DNA of 63,551 nucleotides, filler included, from Globobulimina sp. (Eukaryota), in the NCBI GenBank assembly GCA_003354225.1. It is 46 parts of 46 records of this genome, joined end to end, with 100 filler letters (N's around TTAATTAATTAA, not from the genome) between each part and the next. Parts side by side here need not be neighbours in the genome. Positions count along the whole stretch, not along the records: positions 1 to 1,285 come from PIVH01019429.1; positions 1,386 to 2,670 come from PIVH01019430.1; positions 2,771 to 4,055 come from PIVH01019431.1; positions 4,156 to 5,440 come from PIVH01019432.1; positions 5,541 to 6,825 come from PIVH01019433.1; positions 6,926 to 8,210 come from PIVH01019434.1; positions 8,311 to 9,595 come from PIVH01019435.1; positions 9,696 to 10,980 come from PIVH01019436.1; 38 more parts are not named here. The stretch is one strand, 5' to 3'. The position numbers and the translations under genes were made by a program. Below, in pieces: positions 1 through 12,364 of the stretch (the stretch's first letter is position 1; every line of letters begins with the position of its first letter). The notes below the pieces were generated by a model. That model saw only the letters and a list, made by a program, of their open reading frames with translations. It ran no database searches and had not been told where the DNA came from.

Positions 1-33
1 AGCTGGGGCAATTATTCCAGAGCTATCCCTGTA

Positions 34-1285
34 TTGACATCATCAGCAGGACCGGACCAGAATAAATCCCAGCCATTACCTGCCAGAAATTTACATAAAA
101 ACAAATCAAATCATTCAAATGAGTCACAAACATTGCAATTGATTGAGACCCGAATCGAATGGAAATTTGTGGATCGCAAAAGACACAATGTTGTTTTGTT
201 TGGTTCATGGAATGGATTTAAAGGTGGCAACGAATTGGAATATGTAGGAAAGCAAATATTTGCTTGCAATATAAAATTACCGATAGGAACATTTGTATAT
301 CGATTCTTTATTGATGGAGAAAAGTGGAAAACACATATCAATGCACCAAAAACGGGAAGAAAGGGTTGTACGTATAACGAGATTATTGTCACCCAACAGA
401 GCACCCAACTTTCGATGAAAAGTTAAGTGAAATACAAAAATAATTTATGATAAAATGAAGTCAAATATAAATCCAGAGAGACGCGGCAGACCTGATATGG
501 AGCTTGAGCTTGGTCAAAGTTTTTCTGTTCAATCTGATGAGTTAAGACTTAAAAGCGATATATCTGAATGTGTGCAGGTTGCAGTAATTTGTAATTTGAT
601 TATTTTCATTGTAGATCACTATCAAACTCTGAAAGTGAAGAAGGAAATTTTAAGACAACCGGTTATGTAAAATAGTCTATTTTATATAACATAGAAATTA
701 ATTGGTTTGTTTCAATTGTATTATATTCATATATCAGATGTAACGAACCCTGCAGTAAATCAACAATTGGATGAATCAAAAGCTGTGCTACAAAATGAAC
801 TCGTTCTACAGCTGAAAGAATCTAAGAACACCATTGAAAAACAAAAAGCTGTCATTGGAAAACAAAAAGCTGTCATTGACAAATTGACTGTTTAGTGTAT
901 ATTTTATTTATTTTTGATAGATTGAATACATTATTTGTTTTATAGAAAGGGTACAAAGAATTACATAAAATTAGCATAAAATTGAAAAAAATGCGAAGTG
1001 AACATCTGTCAAAGATTACGAATTATGAAACACAAATTGATGAATTAAAACAGCAATTTAACAATGTACAGCAAGCAAATCAAGAGTTGCAATCAAAATG
1101 TACTGCAATGGAACAACAGGCAAATTCGACTAAGCAGCAGGCATTGAATGAATATAAAGAATTGGAAACAAAATATTATGTTCTACAGGAAAAATATAAT
1201 CAACATTTAAATGGATCAAATTATTGTGAGTGGAGTCATGAAGATATTGCTGACTGGATCATAAATATAAATCCCTCAAAATATC
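34..1285 (+). CDS. Multi-exon protein: AMPK-beta-type CBM48 glycogen-binding domain, coiled coil and start of a SAM-like domain (partial)
   Basis: VVLFGSWNGF...LPIGTFVYRFFIDGEKW is a CBM48 pattern. In-frame GT-AG introns at 662-737 and 890-945. Gln-rich heptads, then EWSHEDIADWI. Confidence 0.65.
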
Positions 1286-1385
1286 NNNNNNNNNNNNNNN
1301 NNNNNNNNNNNNNNNNNNNNNNNNNNNNNTTAATTAATTAANNNNNNNNNNNNNNNNNNNNNNNNNNNNNNNNNNNNNNNNNNNN
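1286..1385. other. Artificial contig spacer (N44-TTAATTAATTAA-N44), recurring every ~1.38 kb
   Basis: Identical linker with stops in all six frames between N runs throughout the window. Contig lengths fall slowly from ~1285 to ~1282 nt (size-sorted). Confidence 0.98.
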
Positions 1386-1425
1386 TTTACAGGCGTGTTT
1401 ATGGGTTGCACTAATCTTCTGTAGA

Positions 1426-2544
1426 TTGGTTCGTTCGATATTTAAGCAGATTATTTTCAATCCGGATTCTTATTACCAGAATCATCAATATTCAATGATC
1501 ATTGCAGCAACATGTTTGTGGATTGGAATGATTGCAGGTTGTATTATTGACATATTATTTTCAACAAATCTTATTCTTCCATTTCGTGATGATGCATGTA
1601 GTCGCAACACAGCACAAAAGTGTCAACATTGTACTATTTATGGTGACGTAACTATGGCGATCTTGTTCGTGAATGGGTTTTCTTTAGCTTTCATGTTTAT
1701 TGAAGCAATAAAACACGCATTTTGGTCGACACCAGCTGCAAATGATAATGATAACACTAAGATTAAACTTTTTTGTCTACGATTTATGGTAGCGATTGTC
1801 ATGTTTTCAAACATTTGTTTATCGATATTTGCGTTTGATGCAAATAAAGGTAAGCGACTAAATGGTATTAATAAACATTATGTATGTTCGTATTTTACAG
1901 AAACAGATGGAAATCCTGGTACTATTCTAACTGCGATCGCATCGATAACATTTTTGTTCATTTGCTCTTTATTTGTATGGAAATCATATAAAATGATCAT
2001 ATCAAGCACAAAATCATTGCATTACAGTAAAAAAAGACTGAAAGTTGTGAAATCAATCGTGAATATAAATATTAAACATGGCGTAATATGTATTGCACTA
2101 ATATTATTGCTAACTGTTTCTAATATCATTCATAAAGAACTCATTAGACTCTTTCCTGTCGTCACTTTTGCGGTTGGTCAATATATTCATATGTTATTTC
2201 CATTCGGCCAAAAAAAATATGAGCGTGTATTTGGTTGCATTCATAAAGCAGTGTTCATCTTTTGGTGCAAACATTATCAAATAGCTGAAATGGAGCGAGA
2301 ACTGCGAGATACATTGGAAGTGCTCGAAACATCAACAAACAGACTGACAACAATGAATACAAAGAGCCGAATAGCAAGTGGTTTGTCGTTCTCGCATCAA
2401 ATAACACCACTCACACTTACGGCTACCTCAGAAATAGAAGAAATGAATTTTGTGAATGAAGAAATATCCAGTTTTGTTATTGAAAAGAGCAATGAGCAAC
2501 ATTCAAGTATATCAGAAATCAATGACATACTGGATAGATTATAA
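1426..2544 (+). CDS. Multi-pass (about 7 TM) membrane protein, GPCR-like topology
   Basis: 372-aa ORF with about seven hydrophobic segments and a Ser/Thr-rich tail. Confidence 0.55.
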   Translation: MVRSIFKQIIFNPDSYYQNHQYSMIIAATCLWIGMIAGCIIDILFSTNLILPFRDDACSRNTAQKCQHCTIYGDVTMAILFVNGFSLAFMFIEAIKHAFWSTPAANDNDNTKIKLFCLRFMVAIVMFSNICLSIFAFDANKGKRLNGINKHYVCSYFTETDGNPGTILTAIASITFLFICSLFVWKSYKMIISSTKSLHYSKKRLKVVKSIVNINIKHGVICIALILLLTVSNIIHKELIRLFPVVTFAVGQYIHMLFPFGQKKYERVFGCIHKAVFIFWCKHYQIAEMERELRDTLEVLETSTNRLTTMNTKSRIASGLSFSHQITPLTLTATSEIEEMNFVNEEISSFVIEKSNEQHSSISEINDILDRL

Positions 2545-2589
2545 ACATATAAAATAATTTGTTCATTTTATTGCCACGTTTTATGTGAT

Positions 2590-2637
2590 ATATTTAACTT
2601 TTTTGGCTTAGTTTCGTTTCATTTCATTTCAACGATT
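2590..2637 (+). repeat. Dispersed repeat, copy 1 (identical 48 nt at 62122-62169)
   Basis: atatttaacttttttggcttagtttcgtttcatttcatttcaacgatt occurs in two unrelated contigs. Confidence 0.9.
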
Positions 2638-2770
2638 GGCAAGGTTTTTGGTTAGCTAGAGTGGTTTTCANNNNNNNNNNNNNNNNNNNNNNNNNNNNNN
2701 NNNNNNNNNNNNNNTTAATTAATTAANNNNNNNNNNNNNNNNNNNNNNNNNNNNNNNNNNNNNNNNNNNN

Positions 2771-3088
2771 GCTCTCTAAGGAAGATAAATCTGTATGTTG
2801 AACTTCGTTTCGATGAGTTGTAAAAATAGATTTTGTTGTTTCCGGATAAAAATTTTGCAATAAATGATTTATTCGTTTTTTAATATTGTTTGCAACATAA
2901 TGAGGGACAAAATTCTTTAACCATAAATATCCATTTTCTGTTAAAAATTCTTTTTGGTCGTCATTTAATACGTTTTCGTTAGGAATGGATTTATTAATAG
3001 TTTGGGTGGAAAAAAATGAGTGGCGGCTGGATAGATAATGATTCAATGAAGAAATGCGTTTTAGTATTTTAATATTGTTAGGCTTCAT
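2771..3088 (-). CDS. Phytanoyl-CoA dioxygenase (PhyH/PHYHD1-like) N-terminus, partial
   Basis: LNDDQKEFLTENGYLWLKNFV...TKSIFTT after a basic targeting-like presequence. Confidence 0.7.
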
Positions 3089-3227
3089 TGTAATGTTGTT
3101 GGGGATCTTGATTAAAACCTGACTATTTTTCAAAAATGATTCACATTTAACTTTACATTTTTTATACACAAAACAAATTACAGTCTGTTTTCCTTGCTTT
3201 GAAATTCTAAACATTATTATTATTAAT

Positions 3228-4055
3228 TCAAACTGCTCCATCATCTTCACCTTCAACAGTTTTGGTGGTAATGTTTGCAACTTCGTTATTATCCTTGTTA
3301 TTTGACTGCTTTTTCTCATCATGTTTTTTGTTTTTGCTGCCTACAGTCAATGGTGTGATAGTATCACTATTATGATTTGCTTTATTTTCATACACTTCAT
3401 CAGAATCACTGCTAAAACTTTCCTTTCTTGTGGTGCTTCCGTTTGTTGTTATTTTATTGCCACAATGATTTGTATACATATCATCCGAATCACTTTTATA
3501 ATCAATCAAATTATTATTTATATTTTTAAATTTTAATTTATTCCATTTTTCGCCAATTTTAGGTGGTGGTTTTGGTGTTTTCCTTGTTTGTTTTTTCTTT
3601 TTTTTATTAGCAACGTATAATTCATCTGAATCACTATCCTCTTTTTTATCATTTAACTCATCATTTTTATTATTATTATTCTCTTGTTTTTGAACCCCAA
3701 ATACTTGATCACCATATTTTGTTTGTTTTTGTTTTTGTTTCTTTTGTTTTTTCCTATTTTCAATAATTAAACTTAATTCTATGTCATTATCCACTTTGAA
3801 CTCATTATCTTCGCCATAATCTATTGTGTCTATAGAATCCATTAAAATGTCATGCACTTCTTTTTCGTCTCCCTTATCTCGAATAATATTATTTATTTCA
3901 ATAGATTCCATCATTGATAATTCACTCACTTCATCATTACAATGTTTATTTACTTTATTTATAATCCATTTGGTTTCAACATAACAAAGTAAGCAAATCC
4001 ATGCTTGATAGAATAATGTAATGCATAATTGCAATGATAAAACATTAATATTTAT
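3228..4055 (-). CDS. Hypothetical protein C-terminus (TM segment then charged low-complexity tail)
   Basis: 268-aa ORF, hydrophobic start then K/N/D/S-rich. Confidence 0.5.
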   Translation of the reverse strand: MNINVLSLQLCITLFYQAWICLLCYVETKWIINKVNKHCNDEVSELSMMESIEINNIIRDKGDEKEVHDILMDSIDTIDYGEDNEFKVDNDIELSLIIENRKKQKKQKQKQTKYGDQVFGVQKQENNNNKNDELNDKKEDSDSDELYVANKKKKKQTRKTPKPPPKIGEKWNKLKFKNINNNLIDYKSDSDDMYTNHCGNKITTNGSTTRKESFSSDSDEVYENKANHNSDTITPLTVGSKNKKHDEKKQSNNKDNNEVANITTKTVEGEDDGAV

Positions 4056-4218
4056 NNNNNNNNNNNNNNNNNNNNNNNNNNNNNNNNNNNNNNNNNNNNT
4101 TAATTAATTAANNNNNNNNNNNNNNNNNNNNNNNNNNNNNNNNNNNNNNNNNNNNAATTACATCTATCAAATCCATCCATAATAAATTCCATAAAAAAAT
4201 CAAATAAAGTTTTTTTAT

Positions 4219-5440
4219 ATGCGTTTTTTGTACTGGACTTTAATCATGCAATTTGTACTGGAACATGTGTGTAACATAAAAGACGAAAACATCAAACGTA
4301 AATTATCCGCATTTCGTGCCTCGTTATTATTATTTTTAAACATTGTGACAGATATTGGTGTCATAGTAACAGATTGGAATCCCAATACATTATACATTTG
4401 GTTATTAGTATTTTTTAACTTTCATGGATGTTTACAATTATCCATCTCAATATATCTTCGTTATGATAGTTATATTTTATCAATTTTAGGGTTTTTCGGC
4501 ATTGGACAGGTTGGCACATTATTTAAAATCTGGAAACATATTGAAAACAATGACCAATACAGACAGTTATGATGATGTACAATACCACAATACAATAATA
4601 TGCACATTCTAAATTATAAATAGATGGATGGAGGTTTGTTGGATCCAAACCACAATGATCACCATTCCCTCAATCTCCTTACAAATATGGAGTATGACCG
4701 CCTTCGCTGACATCACCATCGAATCGTATGCAATCATCAAAATAATCTCTGTCTTATTTGGCATCATATCCATTGGCCCAACGATAGTCTGTTTGGAAAA
4801 GTTTATGAACGAACACGCTCAGTCCACCTTACAAACCATTCACAAAAACATGCAACAGCAAAAGAGAGAAATATCGCACCAATTATCGAGCCAATTAATG
4901 CCTGAAATGCCAGTTCAAAGTCAATTGCAAACCGAAGAGAAACAGGCAAATATACAAATAAATAACAGTAACAATAATAATATGTCCGTGGCCGTTGCAG
5001 ATGATACAGACGATACAGACAGCGATGATGGCTTCGATTTGGACGATAATGATAATTATAATCTGAATGATGGATATATTCGAAATAAATTGGACCCGCA
5101 ACACAGTAAAACCATTCCAAAGATGAATGAAATTGAAAGTAGATCGCGTTACGATAATTATTATAAATTAAAAAAACCAAAATTACAAATTATCCAATAC
5201 AGCAATCAATATTATTATGGATTTCTATCGTTGATCCCCTCGGATTTTGTGATAAGAGTAATATCGATCGGATTTATACAACGTCTCATATTTGGTGATG
5301 ATATTAATAATTTTCGTTGTTTATTGTGGTATGCCATCATTTTTTATTTTATAATTTGGAGGTTTACCTATTCTGAGAATTACGGTGTTTTATGTTGGGG
5401 ATATCAGCAATATGATAAGTTGCAAAAATCGATTACAAAC
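4219..5440 (+). CDS. Multi-pass membrane protein, possibly XK-related (partial)
   Basis: Intron 4566-4623 joins two ORFs in frame. TDIGV and IPSISLQIW helices loosely resemble the XK family. Confidence 0.45.
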
Positions 5441-5774
5441 NNNNNNNNNNNNNNNNNNNNNNNNNNNNNNNNNNNNNNNNNNNNTTAATTAATTAANNNN
5501 NNNNNNNNNNNNNNNNNNNNNNNNNNNNNNNNNNNNNNNNATCAGAGCTAAATAATATGGTAAAAGACTGTAGAGCAGGAAGTGATTTATCATTAAATGC
5601 ATTTAATGATTACCCTAAAGTACAGAATTTTTATAAACCATTCCTATCAGCGAAGGCAGATATTAACGCAGATAATGTCAACATTGAGCAAGAACGCGGT
5701 ATGGATAATAGACTGAAATAATAATTTCCGCAGAGAGTAGATAATTTTTCAGGTGAAAGCTAAAATACAGCTAT

Positions 5775-6825
5775 ATGAAAAAACACGAATTATTTACTCA
5801 TCAAAAACAAGCAATCAAAGCTATTAGCAGAGTCTCTAAAAGCCATGATAGGGCGCAAGTTGTCATGGCTTGTGGCAGTGGTAAGACTTTAGTTGGGCTG
5901 CAATATGCTATCAAATCCAAAGCTACTAATATTCTGGTATTGTTGCCATCATTAGGTCTCATGAAGCAAACTCTAGATTATTGGCTTTCTCATTCAAATT
6001 GGGGCATGGAGAATTTCATCTGTGTTTGCTCTGATAAAACAGTTGTTGCATATGATAATGTCCAAATATCTAGCTCTGAACTTCCTTGTCCTGTTACTAC
6101 AACTCCCAGTGAGGTAAAACAGTTTTTACGTGGCAGAGGCACAAGAAAAGCTAGTATTATATTTTCTACCTATCAGTCTGCTGATGTTATATCTAGAGCT
6201 AGTCCAAAAGGATTTAGTTTTGACCTAGGTATTTTTGATGAAGCCCACAAAACCGCTGGAGAGTTGGGAAAACATTTTGGGATTGCTCTAGACGACAAGA
6301 ATATCAAAATTGATTTTAGGTTATTCATGACGGCAACGCCTCGTCATTATAAAATTAGAAAGAAAGATGATTTTGATAATAGAGAGCTAACTTATTCCAT
6401 GGATGATATTAATACATATGGAGATGTATGTTATGAATTTTCATTTGCTGATGCAGTAGAGCAGGACATTATTTGTGATTACAAGGTTATTGTTTCAATC
6501 ATCACCAACAAAGATATCAAAAGAGCTGATTTAAAGAACACCAAAATAAAAACTAAAGGAAATTTGTTGGAGTCTGAGAAAGTAGCCCACAGAATTGCTT
6601 TGGCTCATGCCATCCAAAAACACCATATTAAAAAAATAATTACCTTTCATCCTAAAATCAAAGATGCTGAAGAATTTTCCCGTAATAGAAAAACTAAATC
6701 TTTCGACACTCTTTTAGAAGATTTTAAGCTCTCCCATATTAATGGCAGGATGTTAACAGATAGTAGGCATACCATTATCAATACTTTTAGAAAAGAAAAA
6801 AAAGGAGTATTAACCAATGCCAGAT
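5775..6825 (+). CDS. Bacterial-type SF2 DExH helicase (ResIII/type ISP-like helicase core), 3' truncated
   Basis: MACGSGKT, STYQS, DEAH, MTATPR, SMDD..YG and VLTNAR motifs. Intronless; follows a short upstream ORF end (~5722). Confidence 0.85.
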
Positions 6826-7011
6826 NNNNNNNNNNNNNNNNNNNNNNNNNNNNNNNNNNNNNNNNNNNNTTAATTAATTAANNNNNNNNNNNNNNNNNNN
6901 NNNNNNNNNNNNNNNNNNNNNNNNNTATTGAGCCTTTGTACAAAAAAAAACACACACAACATTTGTAATTGTCAGTATATACAGTAGTAACATTTTGCAA
7001 AAGCAACACCA

Positions 7012-8094
7012 TCAAACTCGATTAATGTTGCTATCAGGTAACGCATTTTCAGTTGTAATCGTAGTGTCTGTTTCTGTGAGCTTAGTGCTGGACAACTCAG
7101 ATTTATACAGTGCGTTTGAGCTTGACTTGATAGTATTGACAGGCAACAACAACGTTATCTTCCTCTTTGGTGACACTGTTTCCGTTCTTTCATTGATTGC
7201 CCAAACAACACCATTGGCAATGCCAACAGAAGCGATACAAACATGATGCGATATGATGAGCCATAATGGCGGTGCCCAATGCGTTGCACATTCCCATATC
7301 CTTTCCATTGCAGGCAAGACCCGTATAATTGTATAAACTAAAACGAATCTCATCAATCTCCTGACGAGAGACACATATTGCGGTGATCTTATGGTTGCGT
7401 AATTTTTACGACATTTGCAACACATTATTCCCAATACAATGTAATGAAAAAGTAATGACACTAAAATAGCGCAAACAAATACTAACTGCCAATAGTCGCG
7501 AACCAACCAACATTGTTTATCCTTTGCATTGTTATTAATATAAACGCCATATACGTGAATCCCATTGAATATTATTGGCAAAATACAGCATAACATGGGT
7601 ATGATAATGACGAGTGCGTACTGATAGTATCTCTGTTTGGATAAATTATGTATTGCGTTGACAGAACCGCTGGTGACTAAATATCCCAAATTATATGCTA
7701 GCATACAGTGCCAGAGAGGCGATTGGATGGCAAAGAATTGTGCGATTATGCCCAATATTCTGCAGGTTTGGATATCATAGAATTGCAAGTCAAAGGCATC
7801 CATATCTGGCACCCAGTTTATTAGGATCTCAATTGACATACATAAATCGGAGAAACACATTCCAAAAATGATGTTCCTCATTGAGAGCTTTGACTTTTGT
7901 GGTTGCGGTGGGATTTGTAAGTGTGGTGTTGAATCTTCATCATTGCAATCAATGCAACATTTACAGTGTAATCTACAGAATCTTATCTTTTCGATTGGTA
8001 TATTTTCTACGACCATGAGCATCACGTAAATGCATGCAAATATTGAAAACCAGGACAATATAATAGTTGGGATAGATAATACATCCTCCAACAT
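7012..8094 (-). CDS. G-protein-coupled receptor, cAMP-receptor (Dicty_CAR)-like
   Basis: Seven TMs, SDL in TM2, C..LG..Q.F in TM3, YG....CW loop, GIANGVVW in TM7. Confidence 0.75.
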   Translation of the reverse strand: MLEDVLSIPTIILSWFSIFACIYVMLMVVENIPIEKIRFCRLHCKCCIDCNDEDSTPHLQIPPQPQKSKLSMRNIIFGMCFSDLCMSIEILINWVPDMDAFDLQFYDIQTCRILGIIAQFFAIQSPLWHCMLAYNLGYLVTSGSVNAIHNLSKQRYYQYALVIIIPMLCCILPIIFNGIHVYGVYINNNAKDKQCWLVRDYWQLVFVCAILVSLLFHYIVLGIMCCKCRKNYATIRSPQYVSLVRRLMRFVLVYTIIRVLPAMERIWECATHWAPPLWLIISHHVCIASVGIANGVVWAINERTETVSPKRKITLLLPVNTIKSSSNALYKSELSSTKLTETDTTITTENALPDSNINRV

Positions 8095-8310
8095 TGTTAT
8101 AAATTAATTTTCCACTTGTACACTTTTTAGGAAAACGGCCCATACAAAACGTTTTTTTACGTATTGTTTTACATCAATGAGAGATAAACAAATAATATGA
8201 TATGATACAANNNNNNNNNNNNNNNNNNNNNNNNNNNNNNNNNNNNNNNNNNNNTTAATTAATTAANNNNNNNNNNNNNNNNNNNNNNNNNNNNNNNNNN
8301 NNNNNNNNNN

Positions 8311-9595
8311 GAATACAGTAACGAAGCACTGCTCACATTGTTATATTTGTTGAATGAAAATAAAACAGAAACACAACAACTCGATGCTGATAATGAAGAA
8401 ATTGCAAATATAAAATTTAAAGTGCCTCAAATTGAGGATGTATTTCGAATTGGCATTGAAGAAAAACTGGAGATTCCCATAATGAAACGTGCAATGTATT
8501 TATTATTTGAATATCAAATGCAACGATCATTATATCATAATAACTCTGTCCAACATTTGATGCATTTTGATGACATTTTTAAAATATTAAATATTGCTCA
8601 TCGCCGTTTGATTGATATTGAGATTGTTGGCTTTGAAGATTCGAAAGAAGCATTGCATGGAATAAAAGTGTCTGGTTCTCATCACATGGACCATTTATTT
8701 AAAATCGCACAGAAAGAGGCCAAAAATGAATATTTTATGCACCAAAGAATGGAGACAATAAAAATTGGAAATATTATTAAAAATAATGAAGAGACACACA
8801 AACAATTTGAAGAATTTGCTACGAAACTAATTGCAGTTAATGAACATCGCAATTTGCTTTCTACGGAAATTGATGAAATGGGCAAAGAAAAGGAGATAAA
8901 TAATGGAAATAATGAAGAGATGATGCTTGAAATGGAATGGAATGATGAACAGTTAAAAGATTTAATGAATGTTAAGTTTATATTATAGATTCGATTCTAT
9001 TTATTTATAATATGAAATTGATAGATGACAACAGATTATTTATATGATGATTGGAGTACAATTTTATTCGATAAAAGCAATAACAAAGAAACAAAATCAT
9101 GGAAATATAAATATCCACAATGGCTTAGTAAACAAATGGATGATACTGACGAGATTCTTAATTTTGTACCAAATGGATATCCAAATAAAGATCACTCGGA
9201 AATGCATACAAAGATAAGTGATATCGATTCAATTGAGAAACAATCACAATTTGTTTTGCGTTTTGATGATTTGGATCCATTACAAAAGCATTTCTTACAA
9301 AGAGTTAAGATTAATATATAAATAAATAAAAATATACAAATAAATTAAAACAAAAAGGCAAAGCATGCGAAATTGAAATCTTTTGTGGATAAATTAAATG
9401 CAAAACAACATATATTTTTGAAATGGTTAATATTTTGTTATTATCATCAGATGGAATGTCGCGGTCGAAAGTATTTGCCAAATACATTTAAGGTAGTACA
9501 GGAACTAAGCAATTAGGATTTGTATGACATGATAATATAAGGCTAGATTCAAGAGAATTCAATGGAATTCAAAAATTCTTTCAACACATAACAGC
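8311..9595 (+). CDS. Hypothetical multi-exon protein (partial)
   Basis: ORFs joined in frame by introns 8971-9024 and 9304-9357. Confidence 0.55.
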
Positions 9596-9831
9596 NNNNN
9601 NNNNNNNNNNNNNNNNNNNNNNNNNNNNNNNNNNNNNNNTTAATTAATTAANNNNNNNNNNNNNNNNNNNNNNNNNNNNNNNNNNNNNNNNNNNNACTTA
9701 CGTTCGACAGCTTGTAATCTTTTTAGATCCAAAATCCACAAACTTTTTACTTTTAATCTTCTTTAAATTATGTATTACGTAAAAACGTCAGTTCGGATGA
9801 AAATCGTTTGCTGAATTTGTAATTGTGAATC

Positions 9832-10980
9832 ATGTCTGAGCAGGAAAGAGTTGATCAACAAATACTTGGAATAGCAATGATCGGTGATGAAATACTATAT
9901 TTCCAACCATACACATCACAACCACTAGATATTGATATACAGCAGAAAATTACATCCTATATATTCACAAAATATGATGAAAATAATCTACCCGATTGTC
10001 GCGGTCATCATACATTAAAAGAATTTGGAGTCTATGAAACCTCATTTACTTGTGATGGATGCAAAAGTGCGCAATCATTACGTGCCACAATGTGGGGATG
10101 TCGCATATGTAATTATGATCTATGTGCACTATGTTACGATATGTACCATAATTATCACCAAACCACTATCAAATCATTAGATGGCACTGCTTATTGTAAT
10201 ACAAAAGGAAATAATTTAACCATTGCTTTCATAGTATATCCATCATTTGGTTATAAATTTTGGTTTAATAAAAGACACATATTTGCACAAATATCGTCAG
10301 CAATTCATAACAATTTGGATTCAATGATACAGCAACAAATAAATACAATGAATAACAATAAAATTCCGTTATATATTTTACAAATCCAATGTCATAATAT
10401 ATTCAGAAAAAGAATTAAAATATTAAATAAAGCAATATCTAAATCCAAAAGAAAATATTACTGCCGCCAATGTTGCCTACTGACAAAAAATTGTTGCACT
10501 AAATTTGCTGAATGCATGCAGCCAATATTTATGCTTATGTTGCTAATATTGTTTGTAATGTCATGTTGCTGGATACCATATCTATGCTATAAAGCAATTA
10601 CAGGAGAAATATTTGCTTGTTGCGCAGAGCCAGACGCTGATGCTGATGAATCTGATGATAACATTAGAATACAGAGAGAGATGCATATCGAGAGTCATAT
10701 GCGTGTAACTGCACCAACAGCGGATGTAATTGATGTAAACGTATCAATGCAAGATCTTTTACGCAGTCATGGTGCACAACAATGGGGCGGCGGTGGACCA
10801 CCGACAATCCCATCATATCGATATTCATATCCAATTGGCATGAAAGCTATTGATAAGGAAATTGTGGATGATAAAAAATCTGTTGACGAACTGCAGCTGA
10901 CGGAGCAAAAACAAATTGTTGTTGAAGATATTGAGCCACAGGAAAGATATTCTTCTGTTGATGTGATAGCAGCTGGTCAA
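9832..10980 (+). CDS. Longin-like domain with inserted ZZ-like zinc finger, Cys-rich linker and TM segment
   Basis: CDGC...WGCRICNYDLCALC finger; flanking beta/alpha pattern resembles longin; hydrophobic IFMLMLLILFVM. Confidence 0.5.
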
Positions 10981-11121
10981 NNNNNNNNNNNNNNNNNNNN
11001 NNNNNNNNNNNNNNNNNNNNNNNNTTAATTAATTAANNNNNNNNNNNNNNNNNNNNNNNNNNNNNNNNNNNNNNNNNNNNATACAAAATACAAATCGAAC
11101 AATACGTTTCTTGACAAAAAC

Positions 11122-11607
11122 CTAAACAATAATTGCATGAGCAATCTTCCAATGAGGGAAATGTAATTGATTTAATTGGTTTGTAGTTAAATCCATATAA
11201 ATCTGTTTATAATTGACACCTAACACAGAATATGTATGAAAATCAATTTCATTTATAATTTGTGCATCATATCCAATATCTATCCACAATTCTGTCCAAT
11301 CCCTATTTGATATTTTTCTATAATCAATGCCATCATCATTCATTAACATATTTCCTAAAACATTGCCTGTTTTAAATATACCATCATTAAGTGAACTAAT
11401 TTTACCATAATTATTTTTTGCAACTAATTCAAACCATATAGTGATTACAATTGCCAATACTGAACATGCAATCAGGGAAATTAATATAATAGTCGTTTTT
11501 TTCGAGCATCGTTGAAAATTATGTTGTTGCCTCTCTTCTTCTTTTTGACGCATTGTAACTGATCCATATTCTATTTGGTTATCACCAGGCTGTAATAGCA
11601 AATTCAT
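11122..11607 (-). CDS. Type II membrane protein N-terminus (partial)
   Basis: Single TM (IILISLIACSVLAIVITIWF). Start assumed at MNLLL; an upstream ATG at 11658 is also possible. Confidence 0.5.
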   Translation of the reverse strand: MNLLLQPGDNQIEYGSVTMRQKEEERQQHNFQRCSKKTTIILISLIACSVLAIVITIWFELVAKNNYGKISSLNDGIFKTGNVLGNMLMNDDGIDYRKISNRDWTELWIDIGYDAQIINEIDFHTYSVLGVNYKQIYMDLTTNQLNQLHFPHWKIAHAIIV

Positions 11608-11674
11608 CCTTCTTAGGGATGCTTCTTTATTAGTTTTTTTTTTCTTGGGAGTAAACATATCAACACATATTTCG

Positions 11675-12364
11675 ATGGCGTCAATCCCAATGATGACACT
11701 GATTCATCCACAATTTGTGCCACGTAGGAATGAAATTAAATATATTAAAGAAAGAGCACAACAAAAGGCAAACAGACAGCGTCAAGTAAACCAAAGATAT
11801 GTATTTAAATATTTTCTAGCGATTTCACTGTTATGGTTAATCGATGATAGTGATGTACGAAGTTATTATTCAAATAGGAATATGAATATGTTATTCATAT
11901 TCCATGGACTGCAATTTGTTTCATTAATTATCTATTACATGTTAACAATATCAGATCCTGGTTATTTGCCGGTGAATACAGAGAACACAGATGACTCGAA
12001 TGACACAGAGAGCACAATATTAATCTCCAACAACAATTGTAAAAGAACTGTCGACTTGACCGGGATTGTAATTCCTCGAAATTTTTGTGAGAGATGTAAA
12101 CTTTTCAAACCACCAAGATGTAAACATTGTTATTTATGTGATCGATGTGTTATTAAATTCGGTATAATATATAATATATAATATACAATTTACATATAAT
12201 GATATTATACAATACAGATCATCACTGTCCTTTGCTGGATCATTGTATTGGGATTAAAAATTATAATTTATTTATTTATTTCATGTTAGTTCAAGGTGTT
12301 GTATCATTTTGGACATTCTGTATTGCTATAAATTGTTTATTTTTTTATAAAAATTCAATACATA
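11675..12364 (+). CDS. DHHC palmitoyl S-acyltransferase (partial)
   Basis: DPG motif and FCERC..KPPRCKHCYLCDRCVIKF|DHHCP..DHCIG.KNY, joined by an intron at ~12162-12217. Confidence 0.95.

Noticed and set aside
3040-3070. PTS2 peroxisomal signal in the PhyH presequence (RISSLNHYL)
   Set aside because: His is one position off the R-L/I-x5-H-L consensus.
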